A stretch of DNA of 64,000 nt from Massalongia carnosa (taxonomy: Eukaryota): contig OZ287077.1 of the NCBI GenBank assembly GCA_965645245.1, positions 558,001 through 622,000 on the forward strand, given 5' to 3'. The first letter of the stretch is position 1; every line of letters begins with the position of its first letter. The notes beneath the pieces are model-generated. The model made no database searches. It worked only from the letters and a program-made list of their open reading frames with translations, and was not told where the DNA came from. The translations under genes and the position numbers were made by a program. Of the stretch, positions 34,349-44,040 are shown piece by piece.

Positions 34349-36219
34349 CGGAGGCGAATCTCAAAAGTAATGATAATACGCTAAAGACTAGCGCCGTAAT
34401 TTAGATTTTCCATACCGAGCCTGAAATTCTACCAACTATCTACAAATGCCATTACCAACCATCTAATCAACGTCTTTTTGGTCTGAAACTGGCTGCAGTA
34501 CGAACCACCTTTTGAATGCGTGGGGGAAGGTGATTTTTCGGAGATAAAACGGCTCTTTTTCTCAATAAGGGGGGTGTCAATGGCTTCTGTGTAGGGGGCT
34601 CAGGGGTAACTGCCCTGACATTCAACGGGCTGGGTGTATCATCATTTGATTGTCTGGATGATGGTCTCGTTGACGCCACAGAAGAAGAAGAAGAAGAAGA
34701 AGAAGAAGCTGGTTTTGCTGTATTACTGAGCAATTCTTCCCTCAGCTGTTGAAGTCGCATTTTTCCTTCTTTGGTCCGTCCATCAACGTCCAAACGTCCT
34801 TCGCAATACTCATTTCCACCTTCCAATTCAATGACTTTTGCAATGTGACGTGGAATTCTTTCAATCCATGCCTGAATATTCTCCTGAGGTAGATCGTCCC
34901 AAGTGCGATGCCACATAGATTCAGCAATTAACCGAGAACTAGGAGGACCTTTGGCAGTTGTACGTCGCTTCATCCAGGGCCAGCAGGGTTCAATCATGTT
35001 GAGATCAGGAGAATTTCCGGGCCATAAAAGACGCTCGATGCCATGACGAGAGAAGATGGGAATCTGATGCTTGGAAGCATGAGACGGAGCCTTATCTTCC
35101 TGTACGATCATTTCAGACAATCCGGCTTCTCTTCTTTTTGCATTGCATTGCTGAGCAAAAGGAATCAGTTTTGGCAGAAGTATGACGTTTTGATACCGCC
35201 ACCAATCAATGCCTCCTTTACCTTCTTTTCTGATCATCTTTCCATGTTCCTCATCCCATTTCCATTCCGGCTTTTTTCCTGGTAAATTGCGAGTTGAAAG
35301 ACGTCTCATTCCATTGGTCAGCTCCCAATTTAATCTCTCACTGGCTTCCAATGCAGCATTCATCTCGTCAAGCTTGGTTTTGGCTTCCGCTTTTTCCGCT
35401 TTTGTCTCCGGTTTCCAGCAATGACATGGCCCCTTCCAATCGTAGGAAAAGCTTCCCCAAAACATGAATTCATGAGCCCCATGCCACCTAGCACGTACGG
35501 TGGATTTGACTGGTCTTCTTCCTTCCTTGGTTGTACGCCAAATTTTGACAGCTCCGCGACGGTGACCAAGCACTATTGCTGTTTCATCTGACCAAATAAC
35601 CCGCTTCCAATCCTCCACGGTCCAGTCTTTATACAGGAGACAAAAAGCCAGTCTAGCCGCTTTCATTTCAGGAGTAAGCCCTGGTCTATACGACGGTTTG
35701 ACTTTTTTATAGCCTCTTTGTTTCAGGATTCTCCACACGGTGCATCTGGACAGTCCAACTTCTCTTGCCAACTGGGCACTGGTTTTTTCACGGGCGTATC
35801 TGTCTTTTATGACTAGATCAATGACTTCATCTTCTTTCTCAGTAGTAGCCTTTCTCGGTCGACCAGATTTTTCTTCATGACGGGCGTATTTATCAAGCAC
35901 CTGCAAAGAAATGGCGGGATCAAATCCTCGATCCCTGGCAATGCGACGAATACGATAAATGTTGGGGACAGAATAACCTGTAGTAGCTGCAATAAATTCA
36001 ATTGAGGCCGGGGTGCAATAAGACAACGTCAAGACCTGAGCCCGCAAAGAAATATCAGCTGATTTATTGACCATGATGATGATTTGATCAAATGTTGGTT
36101 CGTAAATGATTTGGGATGAGAAAAGGGGAAAGAAAAGGGGAAAATTTGCTCGGTACGGAAAATTTAAATTACGGCACTAGCTTTTAGCGTATTATCATTA
36201 CTTTTGAGATTCGCCTCCG
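34349..36219 (-). mobile_element. Tc1/mariner element C, apparently complete (1871 bp, about 72-bp TIRs, TA TSD)
   Basis: TIR begins CGGAGGCGAATCTCAAAAGTAATGATAATACGCTAAA at 34349 and is inverted ending at 36219. TA at 34347..34348 and 36220..36221. Confidence 0.95.
34467..36074 (-). CDS. Tc1-type DD34E transposase, intact ORF of 535 aa
   Basis: HTH region, SGRPRK, WSDET, QEDKAPSH and WPGNSPDLNMIE. There are 34 residues between the second D and the E. Confidence 0.93.
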   Translation of the reverse strand: MVNKSADISLRAQVLTLSYCTPASIEFIAATTGYSVPNIYRIRRIARDRGFDPAISLQVLDKYARHEEKSGRPRKATTEKEDEVIDLVIKDRYAREKTSAQLAREVGLSRCTVWRILKQRGYKKVKPSYRPGLTPEMKAARLAFCLLYKDWTVEDWKRVIWSDETAIVLGHRRGAVKIWRTTKEGRRPVKSTVRARWHGAHEFMFWGSFSYDWKGPCHCWKPETKAEKAEAKTKLDEMNAALEASERLNWELTNGMRRLSTRNLPGKKPEWKWDEEHGKMIRKEGKGGIDWWRYQNVILLPKLIPFAQQCNAKRREAGLSEMIVQEDKAPSHASKHQIPIFSRHGIERLLWPGNSPDLNMIEPCWPWMKRRTTAKGPPSSRLIAESMWHRTWDDLPQENIQAWIERIPRHIAKVIELEGGNEYCEGRLDVDGRTKEGKMRLQQLREELLSNTAKPASSSSSSSSSVASTRPSSRQSNDDTPSPLNVRAVTPEPPTQKPLTPPLLRKRAVLSPKNHLPPRIQKVVRTAASFRPKRR

Positions 36220-36718
36220 TACCTCCGGTGTAACCTTTTTAGGTCGTCCTGAACGAGGTGCATCTTCTATGTATTCTACTTTTAAAACACGAGATACAAC
36301 TGGATCATATCCACGTTGTCGTGCTTTGATTTTGAGAGCTGAAATCGATCTTGTGGAGACTCCAGTCACTTCTTGCACGATTTTCGCCGCAATTCCGTGT
36401 TCTACAAGCGCTAAAGCCTGTATTCTTTGTGCAATCGTGAGACTATTGCTCTGTGCATTGGGCATGATAATGATGATGATTAAAACCTTCTACTGAATAT
36501 CAGATGTAGTAGTACTGTCTTTTTGACGAAGAGAACAGAAGCAATTCGAGATTTTCTAGACTATTTTAGTACTGTATTCCCCTTGTAAGCTAACAAACAC
36601 TAATGCACGTCTCATGTACGCTAGCAGGACTTTCAGCGTCATCCTTCGTAGACATCCCCAATTCAAAACTAAATTTAAAAGAAATTTGGATCAATCCAGA
36701 AAAGACGCAAGTCATCCC

Positions 36719-36888
36719 TGTAACGGTTCGACCATGCGTGGTGCGGACGGCAGGACCTACAGCGAACATACCAGGAGTCCCAGTTATAGTAGAATAGAGG
36801 TTGGTCTGCGGACTAAGTATTGTGCCTTTTGGTCGGGAGGACAGGTGGCGCAATGGTAGAAATCTATTCACTATCTCGCTTCGTCACA
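36719..36888. mobile_element. Solo LTR (170 bp, TG...CA) with 5-bp TSD ATCCC
   Basis: TGTAACG...CGTCACA, with ATCCC at 36714..36718 and 36889..36893. Removing it restores the pogo frame (..DASHPKILKEWF..). Confidence 0.88.
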
Positions 36889-38662
36889 ATCCCAAAATCC
36901 TGAAGGAATGGTTTGAACTGTACATGACCACCCGAGCAAAGTGTGGAGTCGCAGATGAAGATATTTACAATATGGATGAAAAGGGTTTTGCCATGGGCAT
37001 TGCGGATAGTTCTAAAGTGATAGTCAAGAGGGAAACAACCTCATGAATGCATGGCGGGGGGCAGGTCTTATTCCATACAATCCCGAGCATGTTTTAGGCA
37101 AACTGCCTAGATCTATCATTCCTTCACCTCGCAACATCGTTACTACCCTCACAACGAACAAACGCATTCAGGTAGCTAGCGATGCTTTGTTAACCCGTGT
37201 AACTCCATCTCTCCGCGCGCATGTTGAATTGCTTCAAACAACCGCATTGAATCCCGTGGCTGATAGAGTTATTCTACGGCATTTCAATCAGGAACTATTT
37301 GAAAACAGGCTCAGCGACGCCAAAAGGCGTCTAGAAAGGGGTGTGATAAAGTGAGGGTGCTAACTGTGGGTGAGGAGCTGGCTAAGATCGAGGAGAAACA
37401 GCAAAAAGAAGAGGCATTAGCCAGAGAAAAGGAGCGATATCATGCTTTAAATGGTAAAGTGAAGTTCGCAAAGGCCGTCTGGAAAGAAATGCGTATGGAT
37501 AGTGATATTTTTAGTTAATTTTGGGGATGGTAGAAGCATCGTGGTGATGTTGTTTTCCTTTTGGTGGAAGGGGATAGTTGGCCAGGATATTTTTGATGGG
37601 GCCCGATTGGGTGGCTGGCCCGATTGGGTGGCTGGCCCGAATGGGTGCTGACAGCACCCCCACCTGTCAGCAGTGCATGCTGATATCCTCATGCTACCGA
37701 TCAGTATTACCGACAGTTGCATGATCGACCACTGAGCCGCAGTTATAGTCTGTTTATCATCTTTCCATCTCTTCATCCTATAAGATGATTTGATCATTCT
37801 TTTCTCTCCATATGATGAACCAGTGACAGCACCAGAGATCCATCCTCACACACCACCCAGTTTATCTCTTTACAGTATTCGTTTTTCTGTTTGTTATGTT
37901 ACATAATTATTCACATGAATAGGCTCTTGTGATGCTTTGATCGGATTTTTATATTGCAAAAAAATATCTGATCGAATTGAACGATTCTTAACTAAGTACA
38001 ATAATCCAGGAACAAGATTCTCCGGCGGTAACTAATCACGCTAACCTATTACAGGTCTAACTAACTTATGTATACCGTTAAGTGTTAAGGCTCACAGATC
38101 ACGTGCGCATAATTAGTCAAGGGTTCGTTTCGAGAAGAGCTTCATTCCTTTCTACATCGTATCAATATCCTTTCTTATCATTCAGTCGTCAACATGATAG
38201 ATTCTGTTTTGATCTATTTGCATTGTTTGTGTCATTTGTATCTAGCAATAAATATATATCGACATGTCTCAAGGCCGCCCTGAGTTGGGCTGATTCAATC
38301 GATAGAGATGCATTCCCCGCCAATCACAGCCGATGGGCTAACTCGCCAAGCCTATCTCCTCTTCAGGAAGTGTGGAACCATCTTGAGGTTGAGGAAATCA
38401 ATACTCTGCACTCTGTAACTAACCCTATTCAAACGAGGCTGAACAACGCTGATAGCATATTAACTGTGTCCACTCCCAGTGTCTTCCACCCCGCTTGTCG
38501 TTTTTCTTTCTCTTTCAGATCCATTCTTGATTTCCAAGGTATTCAGAGCTAGAAATTGTGACCTGAAGCGGTGGTGAACGTGTTCTTACCTTGGACGTTC
38601 CAAGAATTCCTGATTTCAATTGAGTCTACTCTGTATCGGAGCTCGCTTAAACATCCAGCGCA

Positions 38663-41288
38663 ATGTCCGGGAGCAATAGCTATTTCCCCCCTCAATCCTC
38701 ACAGCCCCCACCTTCCCAGCAATTCACGAGTCCTCCTCCAACCTATACGGCATATGCATCACCGCCAGCTCCTGCTCAGCAACAATGGGGTCAGCCCCAG
38801 GTCTATTCTCCTCTGACAGCTCCAGCGACACCCGCCTACAATCCATCAGCCTTTGCCAACCCACATCAACAGCAGCAAGGTCGTCCTCAGGATGGGCAGG
38901 GATACCCACAAACCGGAGCACAGCAGCCACCAATGGGCTACAAAGCATCTGCCTACTCGCAACCGCCAGTCAATGCGCCCCCGACACCAGCGTATACCCC
39001 CTCACCCTACGGTCCCTCGGACGCGAACTCGGGGAGTTGTAGCGCTCCAGCGCCGCAGTGCTACCCGCAATCCAGCAATCAGCCGCCAGTCGAAACTTCC
39101 ACTCAACCTGCATACGAACGACCTCAGTTCAATGTTCTTCCGACTCCGGCTTATACCCCGGCGCCATACAGCCCAGATTCCAATGGCCCACCGATTCAAT
39201 ACCCCCAAGTGCCCCCTCAAAACCAGTCAAACGGTCAACAGCCGCCAGGAAATAACTTTCAGCCTGCTTACGCTCAGCCACCTTTCAATGCTCCTCCAAC
39301 TCCAGCGTATACCCCATCTACCTCTGGCTACCCAGGCTCAAACCAAGGAGATAATAGCGCCTCAGTAACCCAGACCTTTTCATCGCCACAGAATCAGTCA
39401 AATGCGCAACAACCGCCGGTCTACAATCAACCCCCAGCGAATGCCCCTCCGACTACAGCCTACACTCCAGCCCCCTACGGTCAACCGGGCTTACAGCCAG
39501 GAAACCCAGGAGCTCCGGCAACGCAATACTTTCCACCACTACCACCAAACCAGCCCGTACAACAGCCAATTCAGGATGGTTCTCAATCCGCCTATTACCA
39601 ACCACCAGTGGCAGGTCTGCCAACCCCTGCCTACGGCCCTTCATACACAGCCCCTGGACAACCTCCCCAGAATGGCTATGTTTCAGAGAAGCAAGAATAT
39701 CAGCCAATTCAGACTCAACCCCCGCCCCCCAACGCATATACACAGACACAGCAGACGGTCAGTATTCCGCCTGCATACGTACCGTTAACGGAATACGCTC
39801 AATCGACTCCACTATTCACACAACCTCCGATTCCTCCACCATATTCGATTCAGGGACAGCCTCCTCAAAGTGCTCATCCGCAGGAGAAGCTGCAGTATCA
39901 GCAAGGTCCAAGTCAATTCTTTCAACAGCCCCAAAACCCTCAAATAGGTCAACAGCAAGGTTTTGCTATCCCTCTAGTATCTCCAACACAGCAGGTCAAT
40001 CAGCCCTTCCCGACTTTCCCAGGTCCTTTGCAGCCAGGACTCCCTTCAGGGCCCGCTAAAGACGATCTCAAATCAAGCAAAACCAAAAGGTTCTTCGGCG
40101 ACACGTTGGTAGGCCGTGCTGCACGCTCTAGCGTAACTACAGTCACCTCGACCATGAAGCTACCGGCCACGTTATCCCCGTTTGGCGACAACAACCCTGT
40201 GACGCTCCCCAACGTTCGCTACCGGGACGCTGCGCTTTTTGCCACTTTTCACGTCATCGGCGGCCCTCTGGTGGACGGTATCGGCAACGTTGTGACGGAC
40301 ACCCTTGGCGCTGATTCGTTCATCTCCGAGATAGTTTCCTCCGGTACAGGTTTCATCACTGGCAACACTATAGTGAAATATGGCGTCTTCCAAGTCGTGG
40401 AGCAGGCCATCGACAAGGGTGTTCTCGAGAAAGTTCTGCCCGAGGTCGAGAAAACATTGCGCACTACCAGCGTCAAGAGTATGCAAGTGGCCATCAAGCA
40501 CAAGCTCATGGGAGTAGATGCAGACCTCCGGTTTGTTGGTACTTACCCCACGACCAGTGCCATGGCGTGCGACAAAGGCTGGTTCTGCCCGTATCTCTAC
40601 ACCAGTGGGCGCACGCCTATTGTTCCACGAGCACAAGATTTCGCCATTGCACAATTCTTTGCACCTTATGTTGCAGGTAAGCTTTTTTCAGGTTCGGTCA
40701 TAACTCAAAATCCTTCAGAGCCCCCAAGAACCATGAATGGCCGTTGACTGTCCTTAAACAGCTGACACCGCCCTGACGCACAAACTCCTATGCGAATCTG
40801 CGTCTGTCATTCCTCTCTGCGACCCCGATCCCACAGCTCGTCTTTCATACAGCCGCCTCCTAGTCCTCTTCACTGGTATTACGCCCTTCCGTGCCAACAT
40901 GTGGTCAACCTCGCGGCGGCCTGGATGCGCCCAACTCTTCTTCCACCTCCTCGATGGCTGCCCGGCTCTTGTGCTTCCCGTATGCACCGCCAAGACGCCC
41001 GTGTTGGCCTGGAGTCCTTGGACACTGACCCAGATGCAGAATCAAGTCTCCTCTGGATACCAACCGGCGACGCAACATCAGCAGATTACCAGCTGGCTGC
41101 TGGAATTGGTTGAGCGGCAAGGCCTATATCCCTGCGTGAGAGACATGACGGGTGCTTTTGAGCGCGTCATGGGAATGGTGGTGACGATGATCATTAATGG
41201 CGCGCTGGCGGCTCCGAAGGGGGTGGACGGGAAGGTATTTGGGAAGGTGGATATTGAGAGGGCTGGCATTATCATGTTTCGGTATTAA
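38663..41288 (+). CDS. Hypothetical protein: long Pro/Gln/Tyr-rich repeat N-terminus plus a globular C-terminal domain, 2 exons
   Basis: The 694-codon ORF joins 40762..41288 in frame through intron 40677..40761 (GTAAGC...TTGAC...CAG). Confidence 0.85.
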
Positions 41289-41600
41289 ACACGCCATCAT
41301 GCCCTTATCACGAAAGTTGAATTTATATTACGAGGGGGGTAAAACAGAATACCTAAATGTAAGCGTGTATTTACTGCGTTCATATGGACGTCATTCAGCC
41401 TTGCGTACGTGTTGCGTAAGGTGTCTAAGAAAATACAGATTTGAACAAAGCAATCAATTAAGCAATGACTACTAATTAATTGAATTAATCCAAGAAACTT
41501 TACCTCTTTCTTTCTAGTTAGTATTACTCACCTACTACTACTCATCAATCAAATCACTCCCTTCTAATTTAGAAGAAATGACAAAAAGAAATGAAGTCAT

Positions 41601-41682
41601 CTCCCTGGCTGGGAATCGAACCCAGGTCTCCTGCGGCTTGCTGATTGACAAGCAGAAATGATGACCACTACACTACCAAGGA
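41601..41682 (-). tRNA. tRNA-Asp(GTC) with a 10-nt intron (41636..41645)
   Basis: TCCTTGG/CCAGGGA acceptor stem, A-box TAGTGTAGTGG, anticodon stem TCTGC/GCAGG around TTGTCA^C, B-box GGTTCGATTCC and a downstream T5 terminator. Confidence 0.95.
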
Positions 41683-41877
41683 TTTGATATATTAACTTAA
41701 GTAGATTTAATAATTATATCTAAAATATTGAAGTTGCCCTAGTTAATCAAAATAAAAATGAATTCCGTCACTACGATTGGAAAAAAAATTGCGCTACTTT
41801 CTCAATTATCACCACGCTCTCTTTTACCGTCCACCGAACCACCACACCCCACGTGTTACACCTTCACGAAAGCAACA

Positions 41878-43116
41878 ATGTCCCGCTCCGCCGCCGACGC
41901 AACCCGCTTCACAGCAACATTCCCCCACGCCTACTCCAAACCACACCCAAACCGCAAGGGGCCCCCCCCTCCCTCCTCTCAATCGCCTCCCTGGCGCTCC
42001 TCACCCTCCAACACCCCTTCTCCCAACCCCCTCGATTTAAGAAACCCGTTCTCGCTCACCTCTTCTTCTTCTTCTTCCTCCTCTAGCAACCGTTTCCCTT
42101 CGTCACCTTCAGATTCGGCTCCCACTCCTCTGGACGAAACCCCGCGCCAGAAAGTCGCCCGCTTGAGGGCGGCGCGGGCGGCGGCGAGAGCGGCGGATAT
42201 CCCGCTGTGGGATCGGGTGGTGCTTACGGGGCGGAATGTAGCAGATAGAGCGCATCGGATTACGGCGTTGGGGCTGATTGGGTTGACGGGTATGTTTCGA
42301 TTTGGTTCTCTTTGGAGGGGATTTTTTTTTCTACTTCTCTGGGGTTGAAGGTCGCTGTCAAAACACATTTCTTTTTGGGGTTGGCTTTGGATTTAGCCTC
42401 GACTCTACACGCCCCTTCCACCTCCCCTTTCTTCCCCCTCGCTACTCGCTCCATCTCCATTCACCGCTTGATCAAAACCCTCTCTCTGGCTCAGCCCAAC
42501 TAACCTTCACCCCCCAAAAGTCGTCTCAGGCGGAGTCACTCTCTTTGCCCTTACCGACATGATAATCTACAACCGGCGCAAACGCCGTGCCTTCTACGCC
42601 GACGAAGCCGCCGCCCAACACGTTGCCCTCCTAGCCGCCATCGAGCTCGAGCGCGCCGGTCAACCGCTCGACGAAGACCAGGCGCTGCTGCTGAACCGGG
42701 AGCGAATGCGTGTGCGGGACGAAGACGAGAAGAAGCGCAAGCAGGCCGAGGGGGGCCTGGTGAGAAGCTGGGGCCGGTGGCTGGTCAGCGGGCTGAGGGG
42801 CGAGCAGGTCGTTGCGTATGGGATTGAACCTGCCGCGAGTGGCGAGGAGCGTGTGCACGAGAAGGCGAGGGGGGGAGGTGTGATGGAAGCTGTGCGTGAG
42901 ATGGAGATGGGCCTGGAGGGCGAAATGGCTGTGCAGGAGGAGCAGGAAGAGGAGGTGGAAGAGCGGGGGGAGGGAGGGAGGAGAAAGCAGCGGCAGCAGC
43001 GGCAGCGGGGGGGAGGCGGACCTCTCGATCAGATGGCGGAGAGAATGGCAGGGAGGGTGTCGGCGTTGGGAAAAAGGGGAGAAGGGGGCCTGTTCGGATG
43101 GGAGAGGGGGAAATAA
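41878..43116 (+). CDS. Cytochrome c oxidase assembly factor COX14-like protein, 2 exons
   Basis: MSRSAADATRFTAT, ETPRQKVARLR, WDRVV..GR.VADRAHR, a TM segment and DMIIYNRRKR. Intron at 42290..42520. Confidence 0.8.
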
Positions 43117-44040
43117 CTACCGGGGGGGGGTTTGCCTGGTAGTTTTCAAATAACTGGCATTTCCCCCGGTGCAAGCGCGCACAATGGGGCAGGGCGTTTC
43201 TGGGGGGGGGTTTTGAGTGGGAGGAGGGTGGGGTTTTGGTTAGTTAGTAGATTAGATTACCCATGCTAATTATATTATGTACACATAACATTTACATTTA
43301 CATATGTGGTTATTACGGAAAGTTTTGATTATTTGTTGTGTTGTTTTGGGGGGGGGGGGGGGGGGGTTTGCCTCATTTCGAAGATCATCATCGTCGTCGT
43401 CGTCGTTATCGTTTTGTATGTAGTGTTAATTCATCACTCACCATCTGTAAAAAGTCTCGCATCTCAAGACGGAAAAGGAGACTTGCACAAACCAAACCAA
43501 TCGATCAAAAACGCACAGCAGCACAATCATGAGAGCAAAAGAAGCCCCCCCCCCCCTGGAAGAAAACCGATAAAAAGCTGATCATTTATCTATTTATTAA
43601 GCTAGCTAGGTAGCTAGCTATCTATCTATCTATCTACCTGCCTACTTACTTGCCTACCTACCTGCCTGCCTACCTGCTGGGCGGTAACTGTATCTAGCAC
43701 GTAGAGAAAGATGGAAGAAGAAAGCGAGAAGAAAAAAAAGGGGGAAGGGGGGTATCACAAAGAAGAAAGAGAAGAAAGAGAAGAGAAAAAAAGCCCCCGG
43801 TCCAGATCTCCGCGCCGAGCACGCCTGATGGATGTTTATGACCGTCAATCATAATCCATCCATCATTCCTTCCTTTCTTTCACCTATGTAGGTAGACAAG
43901 AACGCAGGGCACGTACGCCAGGGTGGGGGATTCTGTTCCATTCCGAAATAGAGAGATAAGATAACATCGCCTTAACACCGTTAAAGACCCTCCTCCGCCT
44001 ATCAAGCCCCGCCCGCAAAATTGGTCCTGTCCATTCTATT

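Larger units (their letters stand above)
33077..36648 (-). mobile_element. Tc1/mariner element B (DD34E), frameshifted and split by element C
   Basis: TIR CGAAGGATGACGCTGAAAGTCC at both ends, with TA at 33075..33076 and 36649..36650. Transposase halves at 36465..36220 and 34346..33231 (WTDET, QEDKAPSH, WPGNSPDLNMIE). Two frameshifts near 34255 and 34155. Confidence 0.93.
32583..37650 (+). mobile_element. pogo/Fot1-like host element (internally deleted), split by nested insertions
   Basis: Starts TA|ACGT. The 17-bp repeat AGCCACCCAWTCGGGCC occurs x3 at 32590..32640 and inverted at 37600..37647. Transposase pieces at 32725..33076, 36651..36718 and 36894..37040 (YNMDEKGFAMG), then a jump to AWRGAGLIPYNP, so the DDE core is deleted. 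Confidence 0.88.

Noticed and set aside
29139..37669. TGACAGGTG (29139) / CACCTGTCA (37661) as termini of one large composite element
   Set aside because: Only 9 bp, with no TSD, and Cryptons are not known to have TIRs. Plausibly chance.
29390..37700. Starship giant element led by a tyrosine recombinase captain
   Set aside because: The recombinase has Crypton/NDC10 plus GCR1_C features rather than DUF3435 motifs. The downstream DNA is nested TEs, not cargo genes.
38082..38552. 156-aa ORF upstream of the P/Q-rich gene
   Set aside because: It has a GTG start and no motif, and lies in the presumptive promoter or 5' UTR.
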